This document shows, piece by piece, positions 19,973 to 30,049 of a DNA stretch of 64,000 bases. Below the pieces are notes generated by a model. That model ran no database searches, was not told the origin of the DNA, and saw only the letters and a list, made by a program, of their open reading frames with translations. Source of the stretch: a bacterium (GTDB lineage Bacteria; SM23-31); the NCBI GenBank assembly GCA_965249485.1, contig OZ252239.1:1344001-1408000 (forward strand), read 5' to 3'. Made by a program: the position numbers and the translations under genes. Position 1 is the first letter of the stretch. Every line of letters starts with the position of its first letter.

Positions 19973-21074
19973 TTTTATCTCGAGGAAGTGAGTTTTCTGA
20001 TTGCGCAAGTTCAGCAAACAACTCTTTTTCCCGTTTCGAAAGAGTAGTAGGAGTATATACGAGAATAAGGACAAGCTGGTCTCCCACAGACCTGCTGTTC
20101 AAGTGGGGAAGCCCCTTGCTTCGCATGCGCAAAATCTTTCCCGACTGGATACCGGAGGGAATTGTGAGTTTTGCATGACCGTTTAAGGTCGGAACATCAA
20201 TTTTATCACCCATCACTGCTTGGGTAAAACTTACTTGCAGCTCCAGGAGGATATCATCGCCATGACGCTCAAAATAGTCGTGTTCCTTTTCTTCGATAAC
20301 AACGATCAGATCACCGGCAACTCCATTGTATTTTCCGGCATCACCCTGTCCGCGAAGTGTTATATAATTTCCGGAGCTGACACCTACCGGTATCGTGACT
20401 TGTATAGTTTCCTCTTTCCGCACAACACTTTGACCGTTACATGTCGGACATCTGTCTTTAATAATAGTACCTTCACCGTTACAGGCGCCGCACGCTGTGA
20501 TATTCACGAATTGTCCGAAAGCTGTACGCTGTACCTGCCGGATTTCACCATTGCCACCACATGTCTGGCAGCTTGTTTTGGAGCTTCTATCTTTTGCGCC
20601 GGAGCCGTTGCATATCTCACAGGAGACAAGTTTTTTGATCTTTACTTTTCTCGTTATACCGGTTTGGACTTCTTCAAGTGTAAGGCCCAGTTTAACCTGA
20701 AGATCTTGCCCTTGATACGTTTGTGACCGCCGGCCACCAGATTTCCTGCCACCGCCAAAAATATCACCAAACCCGCCAAAATCATTGAAAAAATCGCCGA
20801 AATTACGGAATATATCTTCAACGTTTGAATATCCCTGATACCCGGTACTCCGTACTCCCTCATGGCCAAACTGGTCATACCGCTGACGCTTTTCAGAATC
20901 GGAAAGAACATCATAAGCCTCAGCTGCTTCCTTGAACTTTTCTTCAGCTTCGGTGTTACCTGGATTCCGGTCGGGATGGAATTTCATAGTTAATTTTCGA
21001 TATGCTTTTTTTATATCGTCTGTACCGGTATCTCTTCCGATTCCAAGTACTTTATAGTAGTCTCTTTTAGTCAT
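19935..21074 (-). CDS. dnaJ: Chaperone DnaJ
   Basis: J-domain with HPD, G/F-rich region, four CxxCxGxG-type repeats. Confidence 0.98.
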   Translation of the reverse strand: MTKRDYYKVLGIGRDTGTDDIKKAYRKLTMKFHPDRNPGNTEAEEKFKEAAEAYDVLSDSEKRQRYDQFGHEGVRSTGYQGYSNVEDIFRNFGDFFNDFGGFGDIFGGGRKSGGRRSQTYQGQDLQVKLGLTLEEVQTGITRKVKIKKLVSCEICNGSGAKDRSSKTSCQTCGGNGEIRQVQRTAFGQFVNITACGACNGEGTIIKDRCPTCNGQSVVRKEETIQVTIPVGVSSGNYITLRGQGDAGKYNGVAGDLIVVIEEKEHDYFERHGDDILLELQVSFTQAVMGDKIDVPTLNGHAKLTIPSGIQSGKILRMRSKGLPHLNSRSVGDQLVLILVYTPTTLSKREKELFAELAQSENSLPRDKNGIFRKIKDFTN

Positions 21075-21084
21075 AACGGTCTTA

Positions 21085-21663
21085 CTATTTACTGACACTC
21101 ACTTTTGCATGACGGATGATTTCTTCATTGAGAAAGTACCCTTTTTCGAACGTTTCAATTATGTGGCTCGAAGGCACATCTTTATTTTCGAGTTGAATCA
21201 TTGCATCATGGATTTCAGGATTAAACTCTTTTCCGTCTGAATCCATGATTTTAAGTCCGGAATCTTCCAAAATTTTGAAAAGCTTCGCAAAAATTAATTC
21301 AACTCCTTTGCGGAAATCTTCCTTACCATTGTCATCAATTTGCTGGTTCAATGCCCGTTCAAAATCGTCAATAACCGGAAGCAAATTGTTAATCATAGAT
21401 CCATTAGCCTGAGATATTAATTGGCCGTATTCCCGCTCAATTCGTTTTGTATAATTATCAAATTCTGCAAGTTTTCTGAGAAGTTGATCTTTGAGGTCAT
21501 TATTCTCTTTTTGTAACCGTTCTACTTCGGATTGCCGCTTCTTAAAGTCGGTATTCTCACTCTTTTTCTGTTTTTTAGAAACATTTCTCGTCTTTTTTGA
21601 ATCCTGCATCTCAGATGTTTCCGGAGCTGTATCTTCCGTATTTTTTATATTGTCCTTAATCAT
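21085..21663 (-). CDS. grpE: Nucleotide exchange factor GrpE
   Basis: AEFDNYTKR, LLPVIDDFERAL, FNPEIHDA, IRHAKVSV. Confidence 0.97.
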   Translation of the reverse strand: MIKDNIKNTEDTAPETSEMQDSKKTRNVSKKQKKSENTDFKKRQSEVERLQKENNDLKDQLLRKLAEFDNYTKRIEREYGQLISQANGSMINNLLPVIDDFERALNQQIDDNGKEDFRKGVELIFAKLFKILEDSGLKIMDSDGKEFNPEIHDAMIQLENKDVPSSHIIETFEKGYFLNEEIIRHAKVSVSK

Positions 21664-21720
21664 AAGTATTACTTTGTCTTTCCATTAATTCACAATGCTT
21701 ACAAAATACGATCAATACTA

Positions 21721-22743
21721 TTAATTGAATGACTGATTAATAATTTCGGCAGTGTAATTGACGAGGGGTACAATTTTTGGATACCACATTCTTGAAGGAC
21801 CGATTATTCCGAGCGTGCCCGTATGGCCGCTGAAAGAAAATGGTGTGGAAACGATAGAAAATGTTTTACTCAGATCGGGATTGTCAATTTCACCTATAAT
21901 AATCGACACACCATGCATATCGGATGCTTGCTTGAAAAGATGCACAACTACATCTTTTTTCTCTATCAATTCGATAACGCTTAGCATTTTATCCTGCTGT
22001 TGAAATTCAGGTTGTTCAACTATGTTTTTTGTTCCACCGACAAAAATTTTATGTTGGTCAAATTGAAAAAATATATCCGCGGATTCTATAAACAATCTGA
22101 TAATTTCCGGATTTCCGAGATTTACATTGTGCAGTCTGCTTCCGATCGTCTCCCGTATCATTTTCACAGTGAGTCCGCTCAAGCGTTGATTCAGAACTTC
22201 ACAGGTCATTGTCAGTTCAGCGCCTTTAATGACTGAAGGTACCTCAACGACAACACTTTTAACAATACCGGTTTGGAGTGACAAAACAATTAATAACTTA
22301 TCATGTGCAACTTCTACAAGCGAGATCTTCTCAAAAATTGCATTTTCGAAATTTGGACCGATGACAACGCCAAGTTGATTTGAAACCATGCTTAAAATTT
22401 CTGATGCTTTAGTCAAAAGATATTCGCTGTTTTTATCAATAGTCTTTATATTTTCCCGGATTTTTTTCTTGAGATTGCTTGGGAGTTTTTCTACCTGCAT
22501 AATGTTGTTTACATACAATCGATATCCCATAGATGTAGGAATTCTGCCTGCGGATGTGTGGGGATGTGTTAGATATCCTGCATCTTCTAGATCGGCCATG
22601 ACGTTGCGAATTGTTGCAGGACTGAGCTTTAGCCCAAAATGTTTTGCGATTGTCCGCGAACTGACAGGCCGTGCAGTACGAATATAGCTTTGAATCACCG
22701 ATTGGAGTACAGCTTTATAACGTATTGAAAACGATTCTAACAT
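21721..22743 (-). CDS. hrcA: Heat-inducible transcription repressor
   Basis: SPATIRNVMADLE, HTSAGRIPT, GIIGPSRM. Confidence 0.97.
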   Translation of the reverse strand: MLESFSIRYKAVLQSVIQSYIRTARPVSSRTIAKHFGLKLSPATIRNVMADLEDAGYLTHPHTSAGRIPTSMGYRLYVNNIMQVEKLPSNLKKKIRENIKTIDKNSEYLLTKASEILSMVSNQLGVVIGPNFENAIFEKISLVEVAHDKLLIVLSLQTGIVKSVVVEVPSVIKGAELTMTCEVLNQRLSGLTVKMIRETIGSRLHNVNLGNPEIIRLFIESADIFFQFDQHKIFVGGTKNIVEQPEFQQQDKMLSVIELIEKKDVVVHLFKQASDMHGVSIIIGEIDNPDLSKTFSIVSTPFSFSGHTGTLGIIGPSRMWYPKIVPLVNYTAEIINQSFN

Positions 22744-22840
22744 GATCGATATATGTTAAACGTTAATCCGGTTGTTGAATACTTTTGCAAAAAATGGATA
22801 CTTAAAATATAAAGAATAATTAAAAATGAATCAAGTGAAA

Positions 22841-23689
22841 TCAGGGCCTGCTAAGATACTTCCGAACGGCACTGTAACTTCCACTGATTCCCAAGAGACA
22901 GCCTCCGCCGATAACCAGTGCCACTATTCTTAGAGATAATTGAAAACTCAGATCAAGAAAGTAATTTACTAAATGGCTCAGTCCAACTGCAATTCCGATG
23001 CAAATCAATCCTCCCAGTAAACCTTGCAAAAATCCCTCGACTACAAACGGTCCTTTTATAAAACGATTCGTTGCTCCGACAAGTTTCATGACTTCAATCG
23101 AATTCTTTCTTGAGTAAATGGAGAGCTTGGTTGTGTTTGCGACTAATAGTATCGTAAAAAAAATCAGCACAATTCCCGTTATGCTGTGGAGAACCCAAAT
23201 CGATGTCTTGTAGCGGAATATATCAAATATAAAATCGTTGTATGCTATTACATCGTCCACTCCACTTAGATTTGACACAGATTCAATCAGTGAATCAATC
23301 GAATCACTGCTTAGCAGATCAGGTTCGAGACCTATCCGGAATGAAGAAGGGAGTGGATTTTCTCCCAGTAGGGAATAAATATTTTCACCAATCTCTTCAG
23401 CAAACAATACAGCAGCGGAGTCTTTGGATATAAAATGCACCGATCTTACACTGGGATTGGTGCGAAGTTCTTGCTGCAGCGATTCGATTTCACTAGTCTG
23501 TAACGATTCATTAAGAAATACTTCGATTTCGGCAACGGAATCAAAGAAATCTGACGACTCCATAAGTTTTAGCGTGGTAGCAAAAAACAGGCCACTAATC
23601 AGAAGCGAAAGAGCAATCATTCCGGTGACAATGAGCGAAGCCAATTTTGCTCTGAAGAGATTCCGTATACCTTCAAAAAATAAAAACAT
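22841..23689 (-). CDS. ftsX: Cell division permease FtsX
   Basis: Four TM helices, NPLPSSF, MKLVGATNRFIKGPF. Confidence 0.93.
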   Translation of the reverse strand: MFLFFEGIRNLFRAKLASLIVTGMIALSLLISGLFFATTLKLMESSDFFDSVAEIEVFLNESLQTSEIESLQQELRTNPSVRSVHFISKDSAAVLFAEEIGENIYSLLGENPLPSSFRIGLEPDLLSSDSIDSLIESVSNLSGVDDVIAYNDFIFDIFRYKTSIWVLHSITGIVLIFFTILLVANTTKLSIYSRKNSIEVMKLVGATNRFIKGPFVVEGFLQGLLGGLICIGIAVGLSHLVNYFLDLSFQLSLRIVALVIGGGCLLGISGSYSAVRKYLSRP

Positions 23690-23691
23690 AA

Positions 23692-24348
23692 TTACGTTTT
23701 CTTTACCATTGTACCCAGGTCAAGGGCGATCACTTTACCGGGGAACAACTCAATGAGTTTATAATTATGTGTTGCAACAACAATAGCTATCCCGCGGCGG
23801 TTCAATGTCTGCAAAAGCATGAATATTTCACGAGCTGTCTCAGGATCAAGGTTACCTGTCGGTTCATCTGCAAATATAACCAGAGGATCATTCGAAATAG
23901 CCCGTGCGATACTGACTCTTTGAAGTTCTCCTCCGGAGAGTTCCCCAATTTCGGAATTACGCTTAGTGAGCATGCCAACACTCGTAAGCGCTTTAATTGT
24001 CTTGCGTTTGGCATTGCGCGATGACGATCCGGTTGCTCTCAGTGCATAGGTGATATTTTCAAACACATTTCTGTCCGACAGGAGTTTGAAATCCTGAAAA
24101 ACTATCCCCATGCGCCTTCTAACTGATGCTATTTGGTTCGGTTTCAGAGACAGTGAATTAAAATGCTCAAAAGTAATGTGACCCTTCTTGAGAGGAACAT
24201 CAAAATACATTGAGCGGAGCAACGTCGTTTTTCCCGCGCCGGTTGGTCCTATGATATAGAGATAATCGCCCTTTGACACAGAAAGATTTATCTTTTTCAA
24301 TCCTGGGGATTGCCCAAAGTTGATAGAAACATTGTGAAGATTGAGCAT
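23692..24348 (-). CDS. ftsE: Cell division ATP-binding protein FtsE
   Basis: GPTGAGKTT, VFQDFKLL, LSGGE, ADEPTGNLD, adjacent to ftsX. Confidence 0.93.
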   Translation of the reverse strand: MLNLHNVSINFGQSPGLKKINLSVSKGDYLYIIGPTGAGKTTLLRSMYFDVPLKKGHITFEHFNSLSLKPNQIASVRRRMGIVFQDFKLLSDRNVFENITYALRATGSSSRNAKRKTIKALTSVGMLTKRNSEIGELSGGELQRVSIARAISNDPLVIFADEPTGNLDPETAREIFMLLQTLNRRGIAIVVATHNYKLIELFPGKVIALDLGTMVKKT

Positions 24349-24357
24349 AGTAAAAAT

Positions 24358-25140
24358 CTACGGTTTTTTAATAAAAATATGTACTCGTTCACTTCGCTCT
24401 TCAGCAGGATCAAAGGTATAATCCTTAAACATTCGGACATGGCCAGGAAAGATTTTTTCCAGCATGTTCCGGATATCCTGTATTGGATAAATATACTGCT
24501 CGTGACATTCGTTCCAGATCGATCCGTTAATAGTTGAAGTTATGGTGAACTCTGTTAATTGTTTTTGCTTTCCCTGAATGTAACGGCTGTTCCGGATATA
24601 GGAATAAGATTTGTAGGAATCCGATGCCGAATTGTTGTTAAAGTTACGGATCGAATTGTATTCGGTGCACATATCAAAAATAAACACGCCGCCCGAACAC
24701 AGCCTCGATACAATCGATTGAACAGTTTTTTGAATGTCTTGTAATGATGTAAGATAGTTTATGCTATCGTATATGCACAGAATTGTATCAAATCCCGAAT
24801 GAACCGGAGGGTGAGTCAAGTCTGAACGGATGAATCGGCACCTGTTCTCCGGCATTTGTTTTCGGAGTAACTTTTTTTGTGCCTGTTTTAACATTTCCGG
24901 AGAACGGTCTGCTGCTGTGACCGACAAGCCCGATTGAACCAGTTCGAAGGTTATATTACCGGTTCCGCAGGCGAGCTCGAGGATTTTTTGGGGAATATGA
25001 TTGTGGATATGGCAAAGCAATAAAACATAATCTGCCCAAGCTTCATAATCAACATGGACCATGAGATGGTCGTAAAGTTCTGCAAGTATCGAATAAGGAT
25101 CAGTTTGTTGAGGAGCGCCGGTGTACGATTGCTGCTGCAA
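24358..25140 (-). CDS. Class I SAM-dependent methyltransferase
   Basis: LYDHLM..VDYEAW, LELACGTG, CIYDSINY, GGVFIFD. TTG start chosen from an upstream GGAGG. Confidence 0.88.
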   Translation of the reverse strand: MQQQSYTGAPQQTDPYSILAELYDHLMVHVDYEAWADYVLLLCHIHNHIPQKILELACGTGNITFELVQSGLSVTAADRSPEMLKQAQKKLLRKQMPENRCRFIRSDLTHPPVHSGFDTILCIYDSINYLTSLQDIQKTVQSIVSRLCSGGVFIFDMCTEYNSIRNFNNNSASDSYKSYSYIRNSRYIQGKQKQLTEFTITSTINGSIWNECHEQYIYPIQDIRNMLEKIFPGHVRMFKDYTFDPAEERSERVHIFIKKP

Positions 25141-26101
25141 GTCTGATAGCCTCCATGTAACCGATATGATCAGCTTTTCCTTTCCCCGCAATATTAAGCG
25201 CGACACCATGATCGGGAGAAGTCCGAACTATGGGAAGTCCTGCAGATACATTGACTCCCGAAAATCCGCAATACATTTTAAACGGAATGAGTCCCTGGTC
25301 ATGATAGAGTGCAAGAATTCCATCATAGTTATTCATATTTGACTCAACAAATAGCGTATCGGACGGATGTGGTCCCGACCACTCCGCCGGTATACTCCGT
25401 AGCTCTTTTAAAGCAGGTTCCAGTATAGTTTTTTCTTCATTACCAAAGTTGCCTCCTTCACTGGCATGGGGATTGAGGCTGCAAAGAGCAATACGAGGAT
25501 TGAGGATTCCAAAATCTGACACGAGAGAATTGTAAAATAACGCCCCTTTTTCAACAATGAGTTCGGTAGTCAATGATTCCGCGACTGATTTCAGCGGAAT
25601 ATGTGTTGTAACTAGTCCTACTCTCAGGTTATTATACGCCATAATCATGAGTACCTGAGCACTTCCCACTGTTTCGGCGATCCACTCAGTCTGTCCGTTG
25701 AAATTGGTGTCGGGAGAAAAGAATGTTTTTTTCATTATTGGTCCGGTTACTACTCCGTGACAGGAACCTTTTCTCCAGCATTCTATCGCCTCTTTCAGAC
25801 AATCGTAAGCATTCCCGCCAGATGTGATAGTAGACTGTCCCGGAGTAAAATCGTCAGTATTAATTTGGAAAATTGTTGAAGGAGTCCTGAGATTTTCCAG
25901 TGCAGCTTTGTATCCAGACTTGAACTTTTTTTGCTCTTCCGATGAAAAGCGGTCGAATGCAAAACTGAAAATATTTTCGAATCCGATTACCTGATATGTA
26001 AAAGATGATCGCAGTTCCGGATCAGAAAGTGATTTTATCAGAATTTCCGGTCCAACGCCGTTATAATCTCCTGCTGTCAAAGCAATGGTTATGTTTTTCA
26101 T
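25100..26101 (-). CDS. pdxA: 4-hydroxythreonine-4-phosphate dehydrogenase
   Basis: GVGPEI, TTHIPL, LNPHASE, YHDQGLIP, RTSPDHG. Confidence 0.95.
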   Translation of the reverse strand: MKNITIALTAGDYNGVGPEILIKSLSDPELRSSFTYQVIGFENIFSFAFDRFSSEEQKKFKSGYKAALENLRTPSTIFQINTDDFTPGQSTITSGGNAYDCLKEAIECWRKGSCHGVVTGPIMKKTFFSPDTNFNGQTEWIAETVGSAQVLMIMAYNNLRVGLVTTHIPLKSVAESLTTELIVEKGALFYNSLVSDFGILNPRIALCSLNPHASEGGNFGNEEKTILEPALKELRSIPAEWSGPHPSDTLFVESNMNNYDGILALYHDQGLIPFKMYCGFSGVNVSAGLPIVRTSPDHGVALNIAGKGKADHIGYMEAIRLAAAIVHRRSSTN

Positions 26102-26102
26102 A

Positions 26103-26855
26103 TTACATTCCTGTTGGCACATCGATAAATACTGTTTTCAATCCGAAACGCTTTTCAAGGAGACTGCCGAGACAGCGGACTCCGAGTGTTTCAGTAGCAT
26201 AATGGCCGGAGAAAATTAGATTAACCTGTAACTCTTTCGCAAGGTGATAACTTGTATGGTCTGCTTCTCCGGTAATGAATAGGTCGATATCCGTACCCGT
26301 CACCTGTTCAAGGACCGATGTTCCCCGACCGGTTATGACGCCAATGTTACGTATCTGGTCACTGCCGAAGCGATATACAAGCGGATCAATGAAAAGCTCA
26401 CTGTTCAGTTTATCTATAATAGATTGTAATCCAACAGGGTCTTTTCTCCTGCCGACATAGCCGATTGCTACGCCGTGATAAATGCCGAAGGGTTCCGAAA
26501 CATCGTACCCCAGCAGACGGATCAACTCAACATTATTTCCGACTTCAGGATGCAGATCGAGTGGAAGATGTACTGCGTACAACGATATTCTGTTATCAAA
26601 AAGCAATTTAATCCGTTCAGCATGAATTCCCCGGAGCGGGTAGACTTTTCCCCAGTATATGCCATGATGTGCAAGCAACAAATCCGCACGCAATGATGCT
26701 GCTTTCATAAATGTTTCTGCACAGGCATCTGTTGCAAGCGCAATCGTGTTCACTTCTTCATTTCCTTCAACCTGCAGCCCGTTTAGAGCAATGTCGTCGA
26801 TCTCATTTACTGATAAATAATCGTCGAGAAAATGTGTCAGTTCGTTCAGTTTCAT
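26103..26855 (-). CDS. Nif3-like dinuclear metal center protein (YbgI family)
   Basis: NGLQVEG, AHHG, HLPLD.HPEVGNN, GHYATE. Confidence 0.93.
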   Translation of the reverse strand: MKLNELTHFLDDYLSVNEIDDIALNGLQVEGNEEVNTIALATDACAETFMKAASLRADLLLAHHGIYWGKVYPLRGIHAERIKLLFDNRISLYAVHLPLDLHPEVGNNVELIRLLGYDVSEPFGIYHGVAIGYVGRRKDPVGLQSIIDKLNSELFIDPLVYRFGSDQIRNIGVITGRGTSVLEQVTGTDIDLFITGEADHTSYHLAKELQVNLIFSGHYATETLGVRCLGSLLEKRFGLKTVFIDVPTGM

Positions 26856-26870
26856 CTCAAATCCGTTGTA

Positions 26871-28082
26871 TTAATTGTGTTGTTTGATTTGTGCATTATT
26901 CCACCACCATAACGATGTTTTTCGTGCTCCATATCCGAGTGTAATGTCGAGTTTTAAAATGAGTCTGCGAAGTGAGGATCCGGCCAGAAGAATAAATATT
27001 TTCTGCAGCCATCCGGGATACTTTTTATTATAGGGGCAGACACGAATACATATCGAACAGTCGCTATTTTGATTCGCCCAGTATCCAAAACATTTTTCCG
27101 CATCTGTTGTCCATTTTTTTACGCCGACAAAGTTCGATTTATTGATCGGTTCATCAGCCGGAGCTTCATTGGTGATCGCTTTCGGTGGACAGGCATCGGT
27201 ACAGCGCCGACAGACATCACAGAACTCTTTGACACCGAACCTGACAGGTTTATCATTAACCAGAGGCAGATCGGTGAAAACTTTTCCGAGACGCACACGT
27301 GGACCGAATTCTTTTGTTATAAGAAGACTGTGCCGACCGTATTCTCCGAGACCAGCCTGAATTGCATACGGAATTGTAAGAGCCGTATCGTTTAGACTTG
27401 CCAACGCACGGTAACCCAGATTTCGTATATATTGTGCCAGACCAAGCAGAATTACAGTATCCATCGCATAGCCTAAACCTGTTGCCGAACCGCTTAATGC
27501 AGATGGATTTGTTTTCATAAGTTCATGGTCCATCTCGGTAGCTATAACAATTACATGCGAAAGACCATCCGGTAAGTCGGTCTCCTTTTCCTGCTTGATA
27601 CGTTGGCTGTACTTATGTGAATATATCCAATTTTCATCATAAGCGGTAATGCCCACAAGATCGGCACCGAACATCTTACCAACCTGTTTAATCTCATTGC
27701 TCATTACAACAGGGTTATCAACAGGAATCTTCGAATCCGGTGTACTCTGATGCACCGAATACTCGTCGTGATATCCTTCCCGCCTGTCCTCATCCGATTT
27801 CAATTCTGCAAAAATGTCGGTAACATGCCAAGAGGCGTTACGCAATGCATAATCTTTCTGTCCAAATCCAACTGCCCGCTTAAAACCCTGTACTTGTTTC
27901 CGGTACGTTTCAAAAAAAACTTCAGTCTTTTTTGACCGGATCGTGTTATCCCAGAAAGCCCTGCAGAATATGTCGTTTTTTTGACTGAACCGCTGAAAAT
28001 TAGGCAATATGGAATAGCCGTTATTATGTTCGTTGTCCTGATTACCGGAATCAATAGTGAGATTCTGTTTTCTGTTATTCAT
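26871..28082 (-). CDS. Reductive dehalogenase (RdhA)-like cobalamin/2x[4Fe-4S] protein, no Tat signal
   Basis: FGADLVGI, YIRNLGYRA, AGLGEYGR..LLITKEFGPRVRL, CDVCRRCTDACP and CFGYWANQNSDCSICIRVCP. Confidence 0.85.
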   Translation of the reverse strand: MNNRKQNLTIDSGNQDNEHNNGYSILPNFQRFSQKNDIFCRAFWDNTIRSKKTEVFFETYRKQVQGFKRAVGFGQKDYALRNASWHVTDIFAELKSDEDRREGYHDEYSVHQSTPDSKIPVDNPVVMSNEIKQVGKMFGADLVGITAYDENWIYSHKYSQRIKQEKETDLPDGLSHVIVIATEMDHELMKTNPSALSGSATGLGYAMDTVILLGLAQYIRNLGYRALASLNDTALTIPYAIQAGLGEYGRHSLLITKEFGPRVRLGKVFTDLPLVNDKPVRFGVKEFCDVCRRCTDACPPKAITNEAPADEPINKSNFVGVKKWTTDAEKCFGYWANQNSDCSICIRVCPYNKKYPGWLQKIFILLAGSSLRRLILKLDITLGYGARKTSLWWWNNAQIKQHN

Positions 28083-28136
28083 ACGTGCAACATTTAAACT
28101 TGATAAATAGGATCATACCATGGACTGCATTCAATT

Positions 28137-29246
28137 TCATCGGAAGTGGTAATTCCGGTAGCACCATGTAATTTCAATGATGATAACTTTTGTAATTCCT
28201 GCAAGCAGCACAGCAAACAACATTCCAATAACACCGAGAAATGTTCCGCCGGCAAACACAGCAAATATAACGATTAAAGGATGCAGATCAACACTTTTTA
28301 CGACGACGGTCGGCTGAATTAAGATCACATCAATTATCTGAATAACTACAAAAAGCAATATTATAATCGGAAGTGCTTCAAACGATCCCGATTCTACGAT
28401 CGACATAATAAATGGTGGTATTATACCAATGACGGGACCGATATAAGGTACTACATTTGCAATTCCCGAAAATGTCCCGAATAATAAAAAGTATGGTATA
28501 TCAAGATAATAAAATCCAATGCTGTATAAAATTGCTAGAATCAGATTGTCAAAAATCTGGCCTCGAATATACCGGCCGATCTGCTAGTCAGCTTTATAGA
28601 ATAAATGGAGTGCCATTTCAAAGAATCGGTTTGGTATAAATCTCATTACACCCCGTTTTAACGATGGTCCGTCTTTCAGCAAAAAAAATGCAATCAGCGG
28701 GATCATGATTATCTGAATAATGAGTGAAAACATGCCCTGAGCAAGTGAAATAATACTCCGTGAGGCCTGTAGCACAAGACCTTGAAACGAGCTGAGCAGG
28801 TCCTGAATTGCCATATCGAGCTGCTCTTCACGGATCATTGGAAAATTGCTGACCACAAAATCTTTCACTTCGCGGGCAGCAGTGTTTACCTTTTCAGATT
28901 CGACACTATGCAATAGCCCTTCAATTTCGTTGAGAACAGAGGGAGAGAGCATAGAACTGCTGAAATACAATAGAAAAAAAGCTATAATATACAAACACAC
29001 GATTGATAGTGCACGTGATATTCCCATGTTTTCCAGATATGTGACTATTGGTTCCAAAAGGTATGCAACAAGGGCTGCAATAATGAATAGTAGAATAATT
29101 CCCTTCAGTGGTGTCAGAACTACCCAGAGGACAAGTCCGGAAAGTGCGACAAGAAATCCGAAAAGTAGTATTATCAAAAGAGAGCGCAGCCAAGAGGCCG
29201 ATGTCCCGTTAAATGTTTCAACCCGAAGAGAGCGTGAATCTTCCAT
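28137..29246 (-). pseudogene. AI-2E family transporter interrupted by an in-frame TAG (28584-28586)
   Basis: AYLLEPIV, FFLLKDG, then LFYKAD*QIGRYIRGQ...NVVPYIGP...LHPLIVIFA continue in one frame to 28137. Confidence 0.88.
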
Positions 29247-29276
29247 AAATGTGCAGTATGTTTATGTTTGTAATAA

Positions 29277-29828
29277 TTATGCTTCCGGTTCGCTTTTAGA
29301 CAATGCTGAATGATATAGGGAAATAAACTCTTTGTTTAAATCAACAAGCCGCTCAGAAATTATATTAGTTAAATTGAGATAATATTTATTGGCGGCGCGT
29401 ACATTTCTGCCGGTCATTTTTCGGAAATTATCATATGTTAAGATAAGAATCTGACTTGGTTCAGCAATGGTACACGTCAGTGAGGAAAATTCCGGATCAA
29501 CAAGATTTGCCTCACCAAACGATTGCCCAGACTTAAGCAAAACAATCTGTTCTGCAAGGCTGTCCCTGAGTGTTTCTTTCACTTCAACCGATCCTTTTTT
29601 AATGATACCGAATCGAGTGTCAACGGGTCCGGAACAGGTAAATACCGTACTTGTGTCAAAGTAGTGTTCCTCAAAGTATGGTTCGATAGATGTGAAGAAG
29701 GAACTTCTGAATTCGGCAAAAAACAGGATGAGAACGCACAGCTTCATCTGCAAAAATTTCCGGGTATCGTTTTTGAATAGAATAACGCATTCGTCTACAA
29801 ACAATAAATTGATTCAATGATCAGTCAT
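29277..29828 (-). CDS. Cyclic nucleotide-binding domain protein, N-terminus probably frameshifted
   Basis: FGIIKKGSVEV, LKSGQSFGEANL. The alternative frame EAVRSHPVF joins FAEF across an A6 run at 29718-29723. Confidence 0.7.
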
Positions 29829-29902
29829 AACGTTCAGTTAAATATAGACATGGAGCCTTCTGAAATCAAGCAATTTTTCTAGCGTGGTTTTGTGGTGATC
29901 TG

Positions 29903-29918
29903 TGGCATATGATTTGCT
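29903..29918 (+). promoter_or_regulatory. Sigma54 (-24/-12) type promoter
   Basis: TGGCAT-ATGAT-TTGCT matches TGGCAC-N5-TTGCW with exact GG-N10-GC spacing. Confidence 0.6.
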
Positions 29919-30049
29919 ATTATTCGAATTGCAGGAATACGGCTGCTCCATCATTTATTGGCTGAGGAGCGATTGGAAACTTTTGTGTTGATTTTTTAAA
30001 TTCAACAGACCATATTTAAGTCTATTTTTGAATTATTGAACGGATATTC

